From Ascoidea asiatica JCM 7603 (lineage: Eukaryota; Fungi; Ascomycota): DNA of 38,826 nt. The notes below the pieces were generated by a model. It had not been told where the DNA came from. It ran no database searches and saw only the letters and a program-made list of their open reading frames with translations. Shown here piece by piece: positions 32,351 to 38,826 of this stretch (position 1 is the stretch's first letter; every line of letters starts with the position of its first letter). The stretch lies in assembly GCA_001600695.1 (NCBI GenBank), contig BCKQ01000015.1:299695-338520 (forward strand), given 5' to 3'. The translations under genes were made by a program, and so were the position numbers.

Positions 32351-32373
32351 TGGCGCCTTAGGCAGGTTTCAAA
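32351..32373 (+). other. Candidate retrotransposon primer-binding site complementary to a tRNA 3' end (Ser-like)
   Basis: The reverse complement of TGGCGCCTTAGGCAGGTTTCAAA is TTTGAAA-CCTGC-CTAAGGC-G-CCA. This parses as T-loop, 5-nt T-stem strand, 7-nt acceptor strand, discriminator G and CCA. It lies ~450 bp upstream of the gag-like frame. Confidence 0.55.
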
Positions 32374-32806
32374 ATAAACCAGCCATGCACTACTGAGCAT
32401 AACTATTTTCCCTTTAATCCCCATTTGCGTGCTTTTTATCGTAAAGCAATTTAACAGCTGAACGTGGCACGTGAGTACCAAACACTGTAAGTTTTTAAAA
32501 TTTGTCTACAAAACTAAACGGTATCTTATAAAAACCACCGTTTAAAGTAAGCTACTTGAGTAATGTCTGGAGTTTTAATAGCTATCATCTTATACAGTCC
32601 GTGGATGATTATTAAAGTTCCACTTTAAAACCTTTTGTCCTCGTAGTCCTCGTATTAGCTGAGCAGTTTATAGATCTATTAATCCACTAGAATGTAAACA
32701 AATTAGAATAACATATAATCATTAACTAAAAAAAAAAAAAACAACAATTATTTTGTTAACTATCAACAAAATTCTTTCAATATATCCTAAAAATTACCTT
32801 TTAACA

Positions 32807-35800
32807 ATGGATGAAAGTAAGTCAAATGATTATGATAATGAAATAGAAAATACTTTATGTAACCTTACGGCTGCAAGTAACACAGAATCAATCCAGCAAA
32901 ATAAAAGGGGGCGGCAGACAATCGAAATAATGTTTCACATAACATTTATAATTGAGGCCCAGAATTATTAAAATCGTGTTTATTTAAAAAACAATACTCA
33001 ACTTCAACTTTAGACTATTGTATAGATCATCCAAAGTTAAAGATCCTTATAGATATTTTACGTGGTTCAAATATTTATCTACTGCAATAACAATGGATTT
33101 TAGTTCTGATGTTGAAGAAGCTTTTAATTGTTGACAAGTAGATCATGATTTAAATATTAAAAATAAACGCATTTTTAATTCAATCAAGTTGTGTTTATTA
33201 GTCGACTGTATTTTTAAGCTTAACTTTTCAGCTCAAATTCAATCCCCAGACTTACAATTAGAGGCTATTAGACATCATTACATTCGTTAATTAAATGGAG
33301 GTAATTTAGTTTAGCATTTTCTTCAAAATAAATTTTAAATGTAAAGACTATCCAGAATTGTTTGATCATCCTGTATATAGTGCTTATTGTTTATATATGA
33401 TTCATACCTGAGAAGAAAATATTATTGTCAATTTAACTAAAGAACAAGAATATCAAATTGATGAATTTTCTACACAATTATTACTCTCAAATTTTTTGAA
33501 GATAGATATAGAGAATCGAAAACAACTCATAATAAGGTTTTTCACAACTTCAGTCATGAATGTTAAAGATTTATTTTGAGATCTCATCAGGAAAAGGTTT
33601 TATAATTTAAAACAACAAGTTTCTGTTTATCAACAAAAAGAATTTCAATTAAATTTGTTAAGAAGAAACAGTAACAATAATAATAACAATAACTATAATC
33701 AAAGAGATCATAATAGATTCCATCAAAATCAAAGAGGAAATAGAAATCAATCTCAATATAATGAAACCAGAAAAAGATCTAATTTAAATTTTAATGATAA
33801 TGATATTAATAGTAATAATAAAAGAGGTGGTTATAGAAGAAGAAGTTGATCTTCAACAAGAAGAGTTGGTATATTGGACAGAGATTTTTAAAATAGATTG
33901 CCACCACGAAATAATTATAATAATAATAAAAAATTTCAAAGTACTCGTAATCAAGCTTCTTCACCAAATTCAAATGAAAATTCTTCTCAACCTCCAAGAT
34001 CTTATGATTCATTTGATCTTTATGTTCATCAAGAGTAACAATCTCGCTCCAGCACCAATCTAAATTTTATTTCAAATTCTAGAAATTCTAGAACTTTATA
34101 AAATAACTTAAAAAATAACTCAACTATTACAAATTTTTATGGTCTTTTCAAACCTTTTTATCTAATAATAATAATTGAAATAATAATAACAATAATAATA
34201 ATAATACACCTTTGTTAGATCCTAGTAGTAAATATCATAAAATTAATTTTCTAGTTGATGCTAGAGCCTATATAAGTACAATTTCACATTTTGATTTATC
34301 CAAATCATGTTTAATTCAAGAAATTATTAAACATCCATCTAAAGTCATTATGGCAAATAAAACTTCAATGGATTTTTCAACTTTCTTATCAATCAAATGT
34401 TTTTTCAATATTATTCTTTTACAAATCAAAATTTAATTATCATCCTTTTTTTCAAAACTTATTAAGTATTAAAGACTTAAATTGTCACAATTTCAATACT
34501 GCTTTTACTAATTATAATCAATTAATCTTAACTCATGAAAATTCTGCATTTAAATTTGACTTAAATTTTATGATTCTCTCATTTGAAAAATATTTTAAAT
34601 ATACTAATGTGTCTCAAATAAACTCATTTACCAATTCCATTCAATGAAGTTTACAAATAAATAATTCTAATATTACTAATAATAATCTCTCAAGATTCAA
34701 TTTTCTTAAAAATAATTCAAAAAATGAAATTTCAACAAATTTGGACCAACAGTCTGGACATGTTTCACCTAGAAAACTTGAAATTTTAAATTTTTATAAT
34801 CTACTCGTTGAATGGATTCCAAATATAAATAATAAAAATATAAATTGTACAACCTGCAATATGGATTCAAGTAATATACTATTTAAAAACAATTTGAATG
34901 ATAGCCACTCAATAAATAAGAATGTAAGGTAAATTGGATTTGATATACTAGAAGTTCGACATAAATCTTTAACAAAAAATAAATATGCATTAATTACCTG
35001 TGAGTTATCAAGTAAATATACTTTAATTGCTTTCAATCAGAATAAAAATAAATTTCACCAAACAATTTTAAATGAGTTAATTATAATTGATAGAACTGAT
35101 CCGCATCAAATACATATTCAAATCACAAGTGATTGGACACCAGAAGTTTGGAATAATCAAATGATTTCAACTATTAATGGTCGTGGTTCCTTATTAGACA
35201 TTAGTCTCGGATATGAAAGTGGCGCAAATGCTTCAATTGAATCAAAAATCATTGGAATTCTTCATGTTAGTCTTCAAGCTTTAGTAGATGCACACTCAGA
35301 AGTTTTTTTGGATTTTGCAATGAATATTGCTGTGTATATGACGAATCACTTACCAAGATTAGAATCTATACCAAAGAAACCTAATGATAATAATAATTCC
35401 ACAAAAGTTTCAATTCCGGTAATGGATTTATTCAATAATATCAATTCATTACATGGATTACCAGCTCAATTTGAAAATCTTATTTATTTAAATAGAATTA
35501 ACAATCAAGATAAAGTTTATAAATCAACTCCAGCAATATTTCTAAGTCCATCTTTATTTATGGCAGCCTAAAATGTTTACTTAATTGAGGCAGATATCAT
35601 TTTATTATCAAGTAATATAATAAGAACTGGCCAAACAGCATAATCACAAAATATTCAATATAATTTTAAAAATGGTCCTTATCATCCACCAGTTAGTTTT
35701 AGAACTCCTAGTTCAACAGGAAACATTTTACCCAAATCAAATTTATCAAAGATTAATTCAATACTGGATGACTCAATAACCAAACATGTTCTATTTCAAC

Positions 35801-37501
35801 AACAGTTTCCCGAAAAAGAATTTACTACAGACCCAATTGATTTCAATTTAAATCTATCTTCGAATTTTAATCAATATAATAATAATTTTACTCATAATAA
35901 TTTAGAAAATAAAATTCCAATCAGATTTTCAATTGTTTCACGAGCAGAACCGAATGATAAAATGAAATTAACACATAGTTTGAATCCAATGATCTTAGAA
36001 CCATTAGTTGAAAATGATATTAATAACCCTAATACTACTAAAGAATGGAAAGAAGCATTTCAAAAAGAACTTTAAACTTTATTAATATACAGCACAATTG
36101 TGCAAATAAATCAAAATTTAATCAAAAACATTAATAAAAAGTTTATCTTCTCAACTAGAATTGTTCACACCATAAAATCCAATAATATTAAAAAGATTAG
36201 AATAGTTATGAGTATAGAAAACAAATTACTCTATTATTTTAGAGTATATTCGAATTATACACGTATTTCAATTAATTTACTACCCTTTTTATCAATCTAT
36301 ATATGTTATACAGCTTTTCCTTTGCTTTTGGAGATTTTTCTTCAGCATTCAAACAATCTACTCTTACGTTAAAAAGAACTTGATATATTAAAATAAAAGA
36401 TCAAATATATTTACTCAAAAAGTTATTATATGGTACGCCATTGGCACCATTATTATGGTATACACCCGTTTATGATTTCTTAATTGAACATAAGTTCCAA
36501 TCAAATAGTTATGATAACTGTTTATCTCAAAGAAAACATACAATTATTTTTTTATATGTTGATCATTTTCGTAGTTAAGGTCCAAAAGAAGATCTTATTT
36601 CAATTTTAAATTTTTTATGTAATTCATTCAATGTTACTTATCAACTAATTCCCGAAGAACTTCAATTTCAAGGATTAGAAATTCATGATTATAATAATAA
36701 ATTTTCAATTTCAATAATTAAATCAATAAATAAAGTGTCAATGAATTCAATTTATCAAAGTTAACCCCAACTGATACTCCTTATTGGACAAAAAGATCAA
36801 GTACATTATTACAAAATTATTATTCTACACGAAAAAAAAAATTCAACAACTTATTGTTTTTCTAATTTAAATTAGTGGAATTAGGCAAGATTTCAAATAC
36901 CCAATTCAAGATCTTGCAAAAACATTTCATGATAGTGATTTAAATTTATTAATTTCTCAAAGTTATAAGATAATTCATTATTTGCTATTTACCATCAAGC
37001 GTTCAATCATGATTAAACATATTTTTAGTCAAACGCTTGTTGTATTTAGTGATGCTAATTATTCTTTAAATTCTAAAAGATTTTCAGGAACAATAATTTA
37101 TTTAGATAAAAATATAATTATTTTAGATTCAACATAAGAATCAATTAGCTCAACATCTAGTACAGCTGCTGAGCCACTCGCTTTGTATCTCGCAATTCCT
37201 TTACTATTATATTATTACAATTTATTCAATTCAATGAAAACAAAAATTAAAAATATTATCATTTATATTGATAACACGGATTACAAAAGAAACAAATAAT
37301 TTGATTAAATTTAATCTATATTCTCTAAATAAAATTATTAACTTAACAGATCAATTATCAAAACCACTTTTTATTATCAAATATGTTCAGACTAAATCTA
37401 ATATAGCTGACATTAACACAAACCCCATAGGTAACCATGATAAATATGCAAAGCATTTGATATCTCCTCTTAATTTACCTTTTACACCATCAAAGGATTA
37501 A
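32807..37501 (+). mobile_element. Decayed Ty1/copia LTR retrotransposon (gag-like, PR, IN, RT, RNase H) with many stops and frameshifts; LTRs not identified
   Basis: Motifs occur in copia order. PR: FLVDARA (~34248). IN zinc finger: SGH…CTTC (~34753-34857). IN core: IGFD…ITSDWTPE…GANASIES (~34930-35240). RT: EWKEAFQKEL (~36043), KIRIV, LKKLLYGTPLAPLLWY (~36414) and LYVDHF (~36552). RNase H: VFSDANY (~37042), STSSTAAE (~37150), IYIDN (37261) and YVQTKSNIADINT (~37382). Confidence 0.9.
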
Positions 37502-38710
37502 TCCTCTACTAAGTATTTTTGATTTCAATTTTTTTTAACTTATAGTTAATTTCAAATTTTTTAAATGTTTTCAGTTTTGGAAACATATTATTATTAACAA
37601 TACTATTATTAGTGACATATACGCACTATTAATTAAAATGAATCTTTTATTAGTCAATGATATTAAAATCTATTCATCAATTCAATTTATTAACTTAACG
37701 CTTAATGCTAATTATCTAATTCAATTATAAACAGAGAACCATTTAGACTTAGTGCCAAATTAAACAGTAATCAATCTAACAGCTGTTGCTAACCATGTTT
37801 TTATTTTTTTGTTATTTTTATCTTTTAAATAAAATCTAATGAAAGCCTGTCCTAATTTCGATTACTATTACCTAAAGCTTTATGCTATATTTTTCAGAAG
37901 CTTTATGCTCACTTATTCAAAAAAAAAAACAAAAAGACAAGTTTAAATTTTTTTGTTTTTCATGATTTTGATTTCCGTTATGATAACTGTTAGTTTTTAG
38001 AGTTATTCTCCGTTATGCCTTTTGCAGACAGATCAGTATACTATTCAGTATTTTTCATTTTTTTTTTCTTTCAATTTTTTTCATTTTTACTAACTTTCAA
38101 TTATTCAAAGACCAGCATTGTTCAATGATGAACTACGCTAAGTATCAGCTATTCTATTGTTAATAGATTTACACATCTTATATTCAATTTGTTTTATTCA
38201 ACTTTTATTTTTTTGTCAGCTGTTTTTTTTCTTTAATTTGTTTCATGTATAGATGTCCTGATCAGGAGTTAAGTGGAAACATATGCCTATCTAATACATA
38301 CAGTGGATTCATGCTGGTGCTCCCTGAATTGTTGTATATGAGTCATCCAGTGAATAGTATTCCTGGTTTAATACTTAAGGACCACAATTCCCGACAATTT
38401 TTATGGTTAATAAAAAGCTGTTAAATATTTGAATAAGGACAATATATAAAGTTAAAAAGTTATGACAACATGCCACGAGCAATCGATTAAGACAACTGAA
38501 ATGAAAAGAGCCAAACGAATCTGTTGGAAAACATTATAATATGTTTTATGAATACTCAAAATAGTGAGGGAAATAATACAGATCTATATATGTTACGGCA
38601 TATATTGGTACTAACACCATAGGTGGTGAAGGTCTAAAAGACACGTAACTATAGTAAACGTAAAAGAGTTATGTATTATACAACAATGTCTATACACTAT
38701 ATATAATCAT

Positions 38711-38805
38711 GCATAGAGATGCATAATTAGGCATAAATATACCTAATGTTGCATAAAGTTGCATTAAGTTGCATGAAGAATACATCAATTTACATGACCT
38801 TGCAT
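38711..38805 (+). repeat. Degenerate ~10-bp periodic array with a GCAT/ACAT core
   Basis: GCAT at 38711, 38721, 38731, 38751, 38761 and 38771; ACAT at 38782 and 38792; GCAT at 38802. Confidence 0.75.
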
Positions 38806-38826
38806 GAGTCTGTGTACAGGTACACA

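Noticed and set aside
37502-38000. 3' LTR and polypurine tract of the copia relic
   Set aside because: No clear polypurine tract and no direct repeat matching the sequence upstream of 32351.

Overview
Very AT-rich, intron-poor budding-yeast (Saccharomycotina) nuclear DNA. The AT content and Asn-rich proteins suggest an Ascoidea-like species, which is inference only. The left part (1-22.5 kb) is gene-dense. It holds, in order: the end of an upstream gene, an ECM3-like transporter broken by one in-frame TAA, an orphan coiled-coil/TM gene, a FAR-17a/AIG1 hydrolase, an alcohol-acetyltransferase-family gene, tRNA-Val(AAC), an aldo-keto reductase, a 5'-truncated tRNA-Thr(AGT), a divergent Zn2Cys6 TF / peptidase C45 pair, INO1 and an Mrr1-like Zn2Cys6 TF. 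The right part (22.5-38.8 kb) is gene-poor. It holds one orphan ORF, a decayed minus-strand ORF of unknown family, a decayed Ty1/copia retrotransposon preceded by a tRNA-Ser-like primer-binding site, and a 10-bp-phased GCAT array. The most unusual feature is the tRNA-Thr. It is intact from the D-loop to the terminator, but its 5' end is replaced by a hairpin-rich, GC-rich segment. That segment forms a palindromic junction with the tRNA, and a degenerate inverted copy of its end recurs about 14 kb away.
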